A stretch of DNA of 64,000 nt from an uncultured beta proteobacterium (GCA_963828715.1 CAWHFX010000002.1:617847-681846), one strand, 5' to 3'; positions 1-10,934 are shown, counted from the stretch's first letter. The notes: generated by a model from the sequence alone, not told the origin. Numbers and translations are program-made.

Positions 1-490
1 GGCAAGTGCGACGCCGACCTGTGAATCATCCTTGAACCCGCCGATGCCGGGGCCGTGCCCCGCGCGCGGATCGATGATGATGTAGGGCCGCTTCTTCGCA
101 TCGACAGTCACGCCGGCCGGCGGTTTGATCGCGACGAGGGCGTAATTGACCGGCCGCTCGAAGTGCCGGGCATCCACGATCGTGTCGTATTCGAAATTGA
201 GCACCGGAGGCATGCCCTTGCGCGTATGCTCGATGAAGTTGTTGCCGCGCTGACGCAGCGTATCCCAGAACAGGATCGACCGCTGCGCGAAGTCAACGCT
301 GTAGCGATACATGCTCGTCCACGGGTCTGCGGTCTGAACTGCGGCCGCTGCTGCCGCGGCGTGCGCCTTGTAAGCCTGCTCGACGCGTTGCGTATAGTGC
401 TCCTGCGCGATTTTCATCCGCTTTTGCAAGAGCGAAGCGACTTTGGTCGCCACATCCTGACTATGGGCGAGCTGACTGGAGAAATCCATG
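1..490 (-). CDS. DUF3141-family (PHA-synthase-like alpha/beta hydrolase) protein, N-terminal part; the gene runs off the window start
   Basis: Absent from the ORF track because it is open at the window edge. My minus-strand translation from the ATG at 488-490 gives MDFSSQLAHSQDV...DPWTSMYRYSVDFAQRSILFWDTLRQRGNNFIEH...IIIDPRAGHGPGIGGFKDDSQVG. I recognise this as the conserved DUF3141 N-terminus. The + ORF 55..696 is its antisense shadow. Confidence 0.6.
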
Positions 491-611
491 GGGACCACCT
501 GTTCGAAGCGAACGGCCGTTCAGTGAAATTGCCGGTAGCGCCACGCGGCGGGCGCGTCACGCTGGCTAATGCGAGTTACTTCGATACTGTCCCCGGGCAC
601 TGGGCCGATAC

Positions 612-629
612 AATTGGACTTTGGTCCCA
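612..629. repeat. palindrome family copy a: AATTGGACTTTGGTCCCA
   Basis: Read directly and cross-checked against an overlapping ORF translation. Sits in the gap between the secreted-protein stop (670) and the DUF3141 start (490). Confidence 0.9.
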
Positions 630-669
630 GCACCCGGTGGTGGCGTTACTGCGGTTTGTTACGGTCTTC

Positions 670-1254
670 TCATTTCTTCGCGTCGGACTTCGCTGATCCG
701 CCTTCCGCCATCATTTGCAACGCAACCGCTTCTACGTACGTAATCCCGATCGTGTCGCCGACAGCCATGTCGTCGAAGCTTTTCACCTCGTCGGCAACTT
801 TGAGTGCCATCTCGTTCTTTTGCGGTCCCTGCACCGTGATCGTGCGCGTCGGGCGGTCGATCGCTGTGATCAGGGCCGTAATCTGCTTCGTCTGAACGAT
901 AGTGCCGCCCGGTGTGCCGCCCTTGGGCGCAACCTTGACGGTCCGACCTCCGGATTCCGAAGCAACCCCGCCTTTGTTGAGCGACAGTGCGAGCGCTTCC
1001 GTGTAACGTGCCTTGAACTTGTCGCCGGGCTTCACGCGGTCCAGATTCTGCGCCTCGGCTGGAACGATGAAGGTGAACGTAGCACCGGTCGGCCCGCGGA
1101 CGGTCGCGTGACGCGTCTTGCGATCGATCGAAACCAGCTCGACGATGGCTTCGCTTTCCTGCACCGCCACAGCGGAAGCCTGCGGCGGTTTATCGGCCGC
1201 TGTTGATATCGCCGTCAGAGAAGTGAGAATCGCAGCAAAGAGAATGCGCTTCAT
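670..1254 (-). CDS. secreted protein of unknown function with two internal ~60 aa repeats
   Basis: ORF 670..1329. The likely start is the ATG at 1252-1254 (MKRILFAAILTSLTAISTAADK, a signal peptide). Two repeats share IDRxTRxxTVxGP...GD...YxEAxAL. Confidence 0.6.
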   Translation of the reverse strand: MKRILFAAILTSLTAISTAADKPPQASAVAVQESEAIVELVSIDRKTRHATVRGPTGATFTFIVPAEAQNLDRVKPGDKFKARYTEALALSLNKGGVASESGGRTVKVAPKGGTPGGTIVQTKQITALITAIDRPTRTITVQGPQKNEMALKVADEVKSFDDMAVGDTIGITYVEAVALQMMAEGGSAKSDAKK

Positions 1255-1338
1255 GACAAAGGCCTTTCGAGTTGGTTGGAAGAGTCGGCACGAGCATGCG
1301 CGCCGCATGCATCCTCGCTTGCCGTCCATTTGGACGCT

Positions 1339-1355
1339 ATTGGCCTTTGGTCCCG
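1339..1355. repeat. palindrome family copy b: ATTGGCCTTTGGTCCCG (plus an extra TTGGAC half-site at 1330-1335)
   Basis: Read directly. Sits in the gap between the K+ channel stop (1379) and the secreted-protein start (1254). Confidence 0.85.
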
Positions 1356-1378
1356 GCGCTCAAAAGCGCGGGCGCGCG

Positions 1379-1726
1379 TCACTCGGTGCTCTCGCGCTCC
1401 TCGGGCGGGTGAAGTGCCTGCTGCAGCGCCTGCACGGCAACCGCCGTTACGAGGCCCACGGCCATGACACCCGTCAAGCCGATCGTGATTGCGCATACGC
1501 GCGAAAGCGTGCGCTTCGGCACGAGATCGCCGTAGCCGATGGTGAGACCGGACACGAACGCGAAGTAAAGCCCGTCACCGAGGTGCCAGCGCTCGAGAAC
1601 CGCCACGAGCATCCCGATGCCCATCATCAGTACGAGCAGGATGGACAAAATAGGCCAGATCACCCTGAGGCCCGCGCACAGATTCGCCACAAACCGCCGC
1701 GTAAGTGGATTTAGCGTAAGCGGCAC
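1379..1726 (-). CDS. small two-TM potassium channel (KcsA-like pore-only, Ion_trans_2 type)
   Basis: 115 aa with two hydrophobic helices flanking a pore helix and the selectivity filter TIGYGD (FVSGLTIGYGDLVP). GTG start 4 nt after the atpC stop. Confidence 0.8.
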   Translation of the reverse strand: MPLTLNPLTRRFVANLCAGLRVIWPILSILLVLMMGIGMLVAVLERWHLGDGLYFAFVSGLTIGYGDLVPKRTLSRVCAITIGLTGVMAVGLVTAVAVQALQQALHPPEERESTE

Positions 1727-1730
1727 CGAC

Positions 1731-2153
1731 TCAGCGTTGCCTGAACCTGCGCAGCGCTGTCAACTGTGCGGCGAGCGCGGCGATTTCCGCTTCTACTGCG
1801 GCAACCTCCTGTTTGTCGCGAGCGCGGCCGCGTGCCTCTTCCGCCTTTTTCAAGGCTTCGTTCGCCCGCGCTTCGTCGAGGTCCGCCCCTCGAATTGCCG
1901 TGTCCGCGAGAACCGTCACCACCGTGGGCTGGACTTCGAGCAGCCCTCCCGCAACGAAGATCAGATCTTCCTCCCCGCCGCCGGCCGGCTTGATGCGCAC
2001 GGCGCCCGCTCTGATGCGGGTGATGAGCGGGGTATGGCGCGGATACACGCCGAGCTCGCCCGCTTCTCCGGGCAGCACGACGAACTCGGCCTCGCCGGAA
2101 TAGATGCTCTCTTCCGCGCTTACGACATCGATGTGCAGCGTGGCAACAGCCAT
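1731..2153 (-). CDS. atpC: F1 ATP synthase subunit epsilon
   Basis: 140 aa. [54 protein letters not shown] is a typical epsilon beta-sandwich, followed by a helical A/E/R-rich C-terminus. ATG at 2151-2153. Confidence 0.9.
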   Translation of the reverse strand: MAVATLHIDVVSAEESIYSGEAEFVVLPGEAGELGVYPRHTPLITRIRAGAVRIKPAGGGEEDLIFVAGGLLEVQPTVVTVLADTAIRGADLDEARANEALKKAEEARGRARDKQEVAAVEAEIAALAAQLTALRRFRQR

Positions 2154-2178
2154 GACTCGAATTCTCCGGATCGGGCGC

Positions 2179-3042
2179 TCAAACGGCAGCAGCGCCCCCG
2201 ACGATTTCGGCGATTTCGCGCGTGATCGCCGCCTGTCGGTTCTTGTTGTAGATCAGCGTCAGCTCGTCGATGAGAGCCCCTGCGTTGTCGGAGGCAGCCT
2301 TCATTGCGACCATGCGCGCCGCCTGTTCGGACGCCATGTTCTCGGCGATGGCCTGATGAATAAGCGCTTCGATATAGCGCGTCATCGCCGCGTCGATCAC
2401 CGTCTGCGCTTCCGGCTCGTAGATGTAGTCCCACAGCCCCTCCGGGGCGCCCAGCCGTTCTCCGGCGAGCGGCAGGAGTTGTTCGTTCACCGGCTCCTGT
2501 TTCATCGTGTTGACGAAGCGCGTATAGACCATCGAGAGACGGTCGATGCGCCCGTCGATGTACGCGTCAAGGATGACTTTGACGGCGCCCAGCAGCATCT
2601 CCATGACGGGCCTGTCGCCGAGCTGGGTCACGTATGAGACGACGTTGGCACCGAGCCGCTGCATGAAACCGAGCGCGCGTCCGCCGATCGCACACACGTC
2701 CACTTCGACCCCTTCCGTCTCCCAGCGGCGCATTTCCTGTAAAGCGAGCCGCAGCGCATTCACGTTCATCCCGCCGCACAGACCTTTGTCGGTGCTCACG
2801 ACGATGATTCCGATACGCTTTACGGACTTGCGCTGGATGAGAAACGGGTGGCGGTATTCCGGATTGGAATGGCTCATATGCGCCGCCAGATTGCGAATCT
2901 TCTCGCCGTACGGCCGGCTCGCACGCATTCGCTCCTGCGAACGCCGCATCTTCGATGCGGCCACCATCTGCATTGCGCGGGTGATCTTGCGCGTGCTTTC
3001 AACGCTGCGGATCTTGACGCGGATCTCTTTGGTGCTCGCCAT
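2179..3042 (-). CDS. atpG: F1 ATP synthase subunit gamma
   Basis: 287 aa with canonical gamma termini: [34 protein letters not shown]... and ...[25 protein letters not shown]. Confidence 0.92.
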   Translation of the reverse strand: MASTKEIRVKIRSVESTRKITRAMQMVAASKMRRSQERMRASRPYGEKIRNLAAHMSHSNPEYRHPFLIQRKSVKRIGIIVVSTDKGLCGGMNVNALRLALQEMRRWETEGVEVDVCAIGGRALGFMQRLGANVVSYVTQLGDRPVMEMLLGAVKVILDAYIDGRIDRLSMVYTRFVNTMKQEPVNEQLLPLAGERLGAPEGLWDYIYEPEAQTVIDAAMTRYIEALIHQAIAENMASEQAARMVAMKAASDNAGALIDELTLIYNKNRQAAITREIAEIVGGAAAV

Positions 3043-3082
3043 TACCGTCGGTTCCTGTCTGCACGACCGAGTTCACACATCG

Positions 3083-3550
3083 TCAGGCGGTTTTTCCCGT
3101 GCTCTCGTTTCTAGTTTCTATTGACGCCTCGGGTGCTGCCGGGCTCGCGGGGCTCGACATCCGTGCCTGATCGGGTTGAATGACCCAGGAAATCGCGTCG
3201 AGCAGCGCCTGGTCGTCAACGGGCTTGCGCAAGAAGCAACGCGCATCGAGCTCGCGCGCGCGGAGGCGCGTATCGTCGTCGTCGCGCGCAGAAACGGCGA
3301 TGACAGGAATGGTGCTGCCGCGCGCCTTGAGCTCGCGCTGCACTTGCAGACCCGTCATTCGCGGCATCGTGATGTCAAGAAGAATACAGGCCGGCACTTC
3401 CGGTCCGAGCTCCTGAAGAAAGCGCTCCTGCGATTCGTAGACTCTCGGGGTGAAGCCGCCGGCGCGCATGAGTCGCGCGAGCCCCTTGCGCACGAGCTCG
3501 TCGTCATCGATGATGTATACGACACATGATTTGGCTGGCGCTGGCACCAT
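3083..3550 (-). CDS. stand-alone response-regulator receiver protein (CheY-like, no output domain)
   Basis: VYIIDDDELVRKGL...LLDITMPRMTGL...IPVIAVSARDD...FLRKPVD give the acidic pocket, phospho-Asp and conserved Lys. The tail is low complexity with no HTH. Confidence 0.85.
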   Translation of the reverse strand: MVPAPAKSCVVYIIDDDELVRKGLARLMRAGGFTPRVYESQERFLQELGPEVPACILLDITMPRMTGLQVQRELKARGSTIPVIAVSARDDDDTRLRARELDARCFLRKPVDDQALLDAISWVIQPDQARMSSPASPAAPEASIETRNESTGKTA

Positions 3551-3573
3551 GAATCCCGGTAAGTCGTCCTACG

Positions 3574-4770
3574 CTAAGGGGTGGGCGTAGGACCGGCAAG
3601 TGGACCTTGGTCGCACTCCGCCTCCCCGCCCACCCATGCCTTGAGCAGCGTGTAAACGACCGCCAGCACGACCGGGCCCAGGAAAATGCCGACCAGGCCG
3701 AAGCTCAGCAGCCCGCCGATGACACCGGCAAATACGATGAGCAGCGGCAGGTCGCCGCCGCTGCGCTGGATCAGTATCGGACGCAGCACGTTGTCGATCA
3801 CGCCGACGAAAAGACACCAGACCAGCAGCGCACTGGGTATCCACGCGCTGTCGCTGGTCCAGTACATCCACGCGACCGCCCCGATGAGAATCGGCGCTGG
3901 GCCGATCTGCGCCACGCCGAGCACGAACATGATCACCGTCAGTAAGGCCGCGAACGGTATCCCGGCCACGGCGAAACCGATGCCGCCGAGGGTGCTCTGA
4001 ATCAGCGCGGTCAGGACCACCCCGATCGCGACACTGCGAATGGCGCTGCCCGCGAGAATCAGCACGTTCTCGCCATGCACGCCGGCGAGTCTGCGGAAGA
4101 ACCCGAGCAGCCCGCCGGCGACGCTCTCACCACGAGCAAAAAATATCGCTGCAATCAGCACGGTGAGCAGAAACTGGACAATCAGCATCCCGACACTGCC
4201 GACCTTGGCGACGAGCCAGCTCGCCGCTGCCCGCGCGTAAGGCTGCAGTTTTTCGACAAGCTGTTCCTGCGGCATCCTGGCGACGTCGTTCCAGGTGGCC
4301 ACAATGCGCGGTCCCGCCACCGGCACCTGCTCCACCCACGTCGGCGCCGGAGGCACGCGGACCTGGCGCAGCGTCTGCGCCCACTCTCCGACGTCCTCAG
4401 TATGCGCAACGACGCCCATGATCGCGAATGAGAGCGGCATGACCAGCACCAGCAGCAGTCCCACCGTCATCACCGTGACGGCAGCCCAGCGCTTGCCGCC
4501 CAGTCGTGCCTGTACTCCCAACATTGCCGGCCATAACGCGACCACGATCATGGCGGCCCAGACCATCGCGAATACGAACGGTCTCAGAATCCACAGTGCG
4601 GCCGCGCCCAGAATCACCATGAAGAAGACCGCGATCGTGGTTCGCGCCAGGTCGGCGCCGCGCGCAGAGATCCCCGCCTGTACGGGCTCGGCCTGCAGCG
4701 GCACGGTGGGAACGATGTCAGTGTCCTGCCCGGAGCTGATGATTTCTCGTGCCATCACCGATCGAACCAT
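3574..4770 (-). CDS. AI-2E family (PerM/UPF0118) membrane transporter
   Basis: 398 aa polytopic membrane protein. Segments such as LRPFVFAMVWAAMIVVALWP and DNVLRPILIQRSGGDLPLLIVFAGVIGG resemble the AI-2E family. An alternative ATG lies at 4755. Confidence 0.7.
   Translation of the reverse strand: MVRSVMAREIISSGQDTDIVPTVPLQAEPVQAGISARGADLARTTIAVFFMVILGAAALWILRPFVFAMVWAAMIVVALWPAMLGVQARLGGKRWAAVTVMTVGLLLVLVMPLSFAIMGVVAHTEDVGEWAQTLRQVRVPPAPTWVEQVPVAGPRIVATWNDVARMPQEQLVEKLQPYARAAASWLVAKVGSVGMLIVQFLLTVLIAAIFFARGESVAGGLLGFFRRLAGVHGENVLILAGSAIRSVAIGVVLTALIQSTLGGIGFAVAGIPFAALLTVIMFVLGVAQIGPAPILIGAVAWMYWTSDSAWIPSALLVWCLFVGVIDNVLRPILIQRSGGDLPLLIVFAGVIGGLLSFGLVGIFLGPVVLAVVYTLLKAWVGGEAECDQGPLAGPTPTP
3598..3615. 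repeat. palindrome family copy c: AAGTGGACCTTGGTCGCA
   Basis: Read directly. Lies 48 nt upstream of the receiver gene start (3550), inside the last codons of the AI-2E gene. Confidence 0.8.
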
Positions 4771-5648
4771 CGATACTGGAGCGCAACGGAAATGATTTCG
4801 TAATCACCACCGGCGCGCACAGTGAATCCTTTCGACCATGCAACCTTCCCCGACCAACTCCTGCTGAACGGAACGGAGAGGGTCACACCGTAGCGTGAGT
4901 TGTCCTGCTTGTCGTCGCTGCGGGCCCCGTCCACGGTGGTTCTGCCGCCCGTCACGTAAGCAGCATCCACCGCGAGCCACAGCCCGGGCCTGAAGTTGTA
5001 GCCCATGTGCAGTTGCCCGGAATACAACGCGTCCTGGCTGCGGTGCTTGCCGCCGAAAAAATCGTCGTTGTCGGTATAGAGCCACGCGCCCGCCGACGCT
5101 TCGAAGAACCAGTCGCCGCGCGGATACGAAAAGCCGACCTCCGGCTTGAACGCCCATCGGTTCGTGCCCACGTTGACGAGCCGCGAGGGCACATACTGCC
5201 CGGTCGGCGTAACCACGCTGAGACTTGCCCCGACGGTCGTCTCGGGCGTGCGCCTTGCAAACTCCTGCGGCGTCATCGCGGGATTGCCGATGAAGTTCAC
5301 CGCAAAACGCAGCCGTACGTCGCCCAGCCCCGCGCGATGCACCTGCCGGGCGTCGTCCAACACGTCGCCGCTGATGTCCCCGCGCGCGTACGGCACGACC
5401 AGGCCGAGACTTGCCGTGTGACCCGCCAGTCCGAACGTGCGCGCATACCCGAGAACGTACAGATCGATCTTCGCCTGCACGTTCTTGATCGGCAGCGACG
5501 GATCGGTCAGAACATCTCCGTCCAGCCGCGTGTAGTTGAGGACGGCGAAGTTCGTTCCCACCGGCGCGGCCGAGTATGCTCGTGGCTCCAGGTCCTGCGC
5601 CCGCGCTCCCGCACAGATGAGCATCAGGACGATTGCCGCACGAGCCAT
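4755..5648 (-). CDS. outer-membrane beta-barrel transporter, MetA-pathway (phenol degradation)-like family
   Basis: ORF 4755..5867. The likely ATG is at 5646-5648, giving the signal peptide MARAAIVLMLICAGARAQDLEPRAY. Also shows AAPVGTNFAVLNYTR and an alternating beta-strand pattern to the C-terminus ALQYRWFDR. Confidence 0.65.
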   Translation of the reverse strand: MARAAIVLMLICAGARAQDLEPRAYSAAPVGTNFAVLNYTRLDGDVLTDPSLPIKNVQAKIDLYVLGYARTFGLAGHTASLGLVVPYARGDISGDVLDDARQVHRAGLGDVRLRFAVNFIGNPAMTPQEFARRTPETTVGASLSVVTPTGQYVPSRLVNVGTNRWAFKPEVGFSYPRGDWFFEASAGAWLYTDNDDFFGGKHRSQDALYSGQLHMGYNFRPGLWLAVDAAYVTGGRTTVDGARSDDKQDNSRYGVTLSVPFSRSWSGKVAWSKGFTVRAGGDYEIISVALQYRWFDR

Positions 5649-5841
5649 AAGGCAGAGCGAACCACATGTGGTGTCTCCGAGCAGGGAATGCGTTACCGCT
5701 GGTCTCTCCCCGTCACCCGACGGCGGCTGTGCCCAATATGGTGAGTGAGGTGTGCATGGGATCTCCCGAAGTACCATACAGGCGCACAAGCCGCACATCG
5801 GATTGTGCAGCGACAAGCTAAATCGGCGGCTTAGTGCGGGC

Positions 5842-5859
5842 AATTGGACGAAGGTCCCA
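5842..5859. repeat. palindrome family copy d: AATTGGACGAAGGTCCCA
   Basis: Read directly. Sits in the gap between the histidine kinase stop (5935) and the OMP start (5648). Confidence 0.9.
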
Positions 5860-5934
5860 TGCGTCATAACCGTTTGTTGCGAGGTGGGTATGTCGCCGCC
5901 CGCGCGTTGCGCGGGGCGCGCGCCGCTACGCGAA

Positions 5935-8900
5935 CTATTCGCTGTATGCCGGGACGGTGAAATGAAAGGTAGTGCCGTGATCCGGATTGTTTTCCGCCCA
6001 CAGCCGCCCGCGATGCGCCTCGATGATCGTGCGGCAGATCGAAAGGCCCATACCGAGCCCGTCCCGCTTCGTCGTGTAGAACGGCTGGAATATCCTGCCC
6101 AAGTCCTCGCTACTGAGGCCGGGGCCGCAGTCGCAGATCGAGACGCGCGCCATCGCTCCTTCGTCAGCCGCAGCGCGCACCTGGACCTTTCGAGCCTCGG
6201 CCGGCGTGTTCTTCATGGCGTCGAAAGCGTTGAGAAGGATGTTGAGTACGACCTGCTGCAGCTGTACCGCGCCACCGCGCACGGCCGGAAGGTCGTCCTC
6301 GACCTCCACGAAGATGCGAATGTCCTGCAGAATGGCATCGCCGTGAACGAGCGCGACAACTTCGCGAACGACGCTCCCTACATCGACGGCTCCGAATTCG
6401 CGACCGTTTTCTTCCTTTTTTACCAGAGCCCGTGTCTGCCGAATGATCTCGGCCGCGCGATGGTCGGCCGAGACGATGTCGTTCAGCGCTTCGCGCACTT
6501 CTTGCAGGTTGATCGGTTCGTATTCCATGAACCGCAACGCGGCCCTCGCATTGCTGAGTATCGCAGCGAGCGGCTGATTCAGTTCATGCGCGAGCGAGGC
6601 GGTGAGCTCTCCCATGATGGCGACGCGCGCAACATGGGTGAGTGCCGCACGCTGTTCCTGCAACTGTATTTCCGTTTGCCTGCGAAGCGTGATGTCGGTC
6701 GATGCGCCAAGAACGTCGTTTGCACGGCCGTCCACACCGATGAGCGGCCGCTTCACGGTCTGCAGCCAGCGGACCCGGCCTCGTGTATCGGTGATGCGCT
6801 CTTCCGGGATGAAGCGCTCCTGCAGCGTGTCCATCACTTCGAGATCCACGTTCCGAAAGAATCGAATCTCTTCCGGGTTTCGATTGAAATCAGCGTCCGT
6901 CCTGCCGATCAACCCGTTCACCGTCACGCCATACACGTCGGCCACGGCTTTGTTTGCCAGCGTGAAACGTCCTTCGCGATCTTTGGCGAAGATGAAGTTC
7001 GGATTGACGTCGATCACCTGGCGCAGGAACGCACGCTCCTTTCTCAGCGACTCTTCCGCTGCTTTGCGCTCCGTCACGTCCATGCACGAACCGATGTAAC
7101 CGAGGAAGATGCCGTCGGGCTGAAACCGCGGCGCCCCATGGTCGAGTATGTAACGGTATTCGCCATCCCATCTCCGGAGGCGATATTCCATACGGAACTG
7201 CGCGCGATTGTCGAACGCGGCGCCGTATACGGCGAGACAGCGCTCGAGGTCGTCTGCGTGCACGTCCCGGGTCCAGCCATCGCCGAGCTCCTGATCCAGA
7301 GTGCGGCCGGTAAAATCGAGCCACGCCTCGTTGAAAAAGGTGCACAGCTTATCCGTTCCCGACATCCAGATCATCGCGGGTGCGGCGTTGGCCATCGTGC
7401 GGAACCTGTCTTCGCTCTCCCGTAGTTTCTCCTCTGCCTGCCTGCGCTCCGTCAGATCCAAAACCACACCCATCCTGCGGGTGTGGCCACTCGACGTCGG
7501 GACCGTGCGACCGCGGGCAAGAACCCACCGTTCCGTGCCATTTGGAAGGCTGATGCAGAATTCGGTCTGGAACGGTATTCCCTTTGCCTGCGCACGCTCC
7601 ATCTCTCCGATCGCACGCGCGCGATCGCTCCAGTGCACGCGCGCCAGCGCATCCTCGAAGTGCGCTGGCTCCTGCGGACCCAGGTCGAAGAGACGGCGCA
7701 TCGACGCGTTCGCCCAGAAATCACCGCTTTTTATGTCCCGTGACCACAAGCCCAGCCCGCCGGCTTCGGTGGCCAATGCCATGAGTTGCTGGTTGTGAGT
7801 GAGCGCATCCTGCATGCGGCGCAGCCGACTTCGCTGAACGGCGAGCGCAACGATCGTCGCGCTCTGCATGACGATGATGAGGAGAGCCGCCGTGATATAC
7901 CAGCGATACTGCTCCCATATCGACTCGGGTCTGAAGCGGACGATGCTGCCCGGCGGCAGGCGACTCTCGTCGATGCTCCATCGCTTGAGGGCGCGCCAGT
8001 CGAACATGGGCACGGTTGCTGTGAGAACTTCGAAGCGAAGCGCTTCCTCCGCTGCACCTGTCAGCGTGCGTCGCGCGAGCTCACCCGCGCGCTGCCCGAA
8101 AGCCTCGATGCTGGCGACCGATCCCCCGACCGCACCGGTACCGAAAGCACCGTCGGACAGTACGTAAACCGGTGCATTCGCCCATTCGCTCAGCCACCGT
8201 CCCACCTGGGCTGAAATGGTCGCTTGTCCCGCCCCGTCCTGAAACATTCTCGTGAACAGGATGGCGCTTCGCGGCGGGAGGTGCGTTGCGCGTTCACGCA
8301 ACTCGCTCACGCGCACGTTGTTCCAGATCTGAATGTCGAGCTTTCCCTTCAGGCCGTGGGCGGCAGACTCGACGCGCCGGAGCAACTGTCGGTCGATCTC
8401 TGCAGTCCCCGCCACGATCACCAGTCGCTCCAAGGAAGGCTGCAGGCGCAGGATCACCCTCAACGTCGCCTCAGGGTCCGTGCGCTGCGCGAAGCCTCCG
8501 ACGCTGCTTCCGAATTCGTCCTCTCGAAGCACCTCCTCGGTCAGGCCGGCAACGATCACCGGTGTCGCGGGAAACAGTTCCGACAAGATTTTGCCAGGGG
8601 GCGCAACACTGCCGACGAAGAGCAGCATGATCAGATCGGGCGGATAGTCGGCGTATTTCTCCGCGAGGTACTCGGCGAATATCCGCTGGGAACGCTCGGC
8701 GGGAAATCTGACGGTGTCGAGATTCTCGGCATAGATCTCCACCTTGGGCGCCGGCGTCCTGTTCAAAGCGGCGAGGATCTGCTGATCGACGATGATGAAG
8801 CCCGGCGCCAATCGGCTGCCCGTCGAAATCAGCAACAAGCGTTTTACAGGACCAGTTCCCGGCTCGGCGGCATGCGTAAACGAAGCAGCGAAACAGGCCA

Positions 8901-8991
8901 CTAGTAGAGCGAGCACCGTCCACTGCAGCGATCCCTGCGTCAGCCGCCATCCAGTGTGCGAAACAGTACTCCGTCGCGTCGCGGTCCCCAT
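5935..8991 (-). CDS. sensor histidine kinase with a periplasmic solute-binding-like domain, multiple PAS domains, HisKA and HATPase
   Basis: ORF 5935..9063 has a GTG at 9063; the ATG at 8989-8991 is preferred. Order of parts: signal-anchor, ~300 aa periplasmic domain, a TM segment, about three PAS-like repeats, H-box LAHELNQPLAAI, then ATPase boxes NLLLNAFDAM, DCGPGL and GLGMGLSICR. Confidence 0.85.
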   Translation of the reverse strand: MGTATRRSTVSHTGWRLTQGSLQWTVLALLVACFAASFTHAAEPGTGPVKRLLLISTGSRLAPGFIIVDQQILAALNRTPAPKVEIYAENLDTVRFPAERSQRIFAEYLAEKYADYPPDLIMLLFVGSVAPPGKILSELFPATPVIVAGLTEEVLREDEFGSSVGGFAQRTDPEATLRVILRLQPSLERLVIVAGTAEIDRQLLRRVESAAHGLKGKLDIQIWNNVRVSELRERATHLPPRSAILFTRMFQDGAGQATISAQVGRWLSEWANAPVYVLSDGAFGTGAVGGSVASIEAFGQRAGELARRTLTGAAEEALRFEVLTATVPMFDWRALKRWSIDESRLPPGSIVRFRPESIWEQYRWYITAALLIIVMQSATIVALAVQRSRLRRMQDALTHNQQLMALATEAGGLGLWSRDIKSGDFWANASMRRLFDLGPQEPAHFEDALARVHWSDRARAIGEMERAQAKGIPFQTEFCISLPNGTERWVLARGRTVPTSSGHTRRMGVVLDLTERRQAEEKLRESEDRFRTMANAAPAMIWMSGTDKLCTFFNEAWLDFTGRTLDQELGDGWTRDVHADDLERCLAVYGAAFDNRAQFRMEYRLRRWDGEYRYILDHGAPRFQPDGIFLGYIGSCMDVTERKAAEESLRKERAFLRQVIDVNPNFIFAKDREGRFTLANKAVADVYGVTVNGLIGRTDADFNRNPEEIRFFRNVDLEVMDTLQERFIPEERITDTRGRVRWLQTVKRPLIGVDGRANDVLGASTDITLRRQTEIQLQEQRAALTHVARVAIMGELTASLAHELNQPLAAILSNARAALRFMEYEPINLQEVREALNDIVSADHRAAEIIRQTRALVKKEENGREFGAVDVGSVVREVVALVHGDAILQDIRIFVEVEDDLPAVRGGAVQLQQVVLNILLNAFDAMKNTPAEARKVQVRAAADEGAMARVSICDCGPGLSSEDLGRIFQPFYTTKRDGLGMGLSICRTIIEAHRGRLWAENNPDHGTTFHFTVPAYSE

Positions 8992-9229
8992 CTGTTCGTT
9001 CGTGCGGCTACGCCAGCGCCGGCTCGGATGCAGGCGTTGGTGGGGGGTTCCAGGAAATTGCACGTATCATCGCACACTTCCAAGTACGCCCTGCAGCCCG
9101 GGAATGCATCTACCGGTCGCGCCGTGCCGAGCCTCTTTTGAGGTCCCGGAGACGAACGTAGTCACCTGATCGTGCCGTCCTGCGGTCTCATAGCCGGCTG
9201 ATTATCCGAGGGTCAGGCCGCCGCTCAAG

Positions 9230-9249
9230 AATTGGACCAAGGTCCAATT
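9230..9249. repeat. palindrome family copy e: AATTGGACCAAGGTCCAATT (9-nt perfect arms)
   Basis: Read directly. Lies upstream of the histidine kinase and 45 nt upstream of the small + ORF 9294. Confidence 0.9.
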
Positions 9250-9293
9250 TTGGGCGCTTCGCCTCTGCGCTAACTTCGCCCCTGCAGCTATCG

Positions 9294-9578
9294 GTGGCGC
9301 CGGCGGTTGATGCGGCACGAGGCGCGGCATTCCGAATCCATTTCACAGGTTCCAAGAAGAACATGATGGCGGTTCTCAAGTCACTCATCTATTCGGCAGC
9401 AACGATTGGCGCGACCGTAGTCAAGGGCGCGGGCGGCTCTCAATTCCAGAACGACAAGGATGTGTTCCTCAGCGTGAAAAACAAGAGCGAAGGCATCGAG
9501 CTGAATCTGGGTGAGGCTCGTTGGTGTAAACATCGAGTTCTCGAAGTGATCGATACACGCTTCTACCGGTATTCATGA
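9294..9578 (+). CDS. hypothetical small protein (weak call)
   Basis: 94 aa ORF in a locally A+T-richer stretch upstream of atpB. An internal MMAVLKSLIYSAATIGATVV start is possible. I see no recognisable family and it is not AtpI-like. Confidence 0.25.
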   Translation: MAPAVDAARGAAFRIHFTGSKKNMMAVLKSLIYSAATIGATVVKGAGGSQFQNDKDVFLSVKNKSEGIELNLGEARWCKHRVLEVIDTRFYRYS

Positions 9579-9695
9579 ATCTGGTGCCGTCGTTCGCGGC
9601 AGGCTCAGTTCATCTCCCCTTGAGCTTGTCGTCGGGCGGCGGACACCGGACCTTCCACCACCGCAACTGCGCAGGGTACAGATTTCGTGATGTAG

Positions 9696-10613
<918 letters not shown>

Positions 10614-10625
10614 GACCGGAAGTAA

Positions 10626-10934
<309 letters not shown>

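Noticed and set aside
55-696. 213 aa + strand ORF at the window start
   Set aside because: It is antisense to the DUF3141 gene, whose conserved N-terminal motifs read cleanly on the minus strand.
5752-7425. 557 aa + strand ORF
   Set aside because: It is antisense to the well-supported histidine kinase and its sequence is low complexity.
9294-9578. Small ORF upstream of atpB as atpI
   Set aside because: AtpI is a multi-TM membrane protein. This ORF has at most one hydrophobic segment and no similarity I can recognise, so it is kept only as a weak hypothetical.
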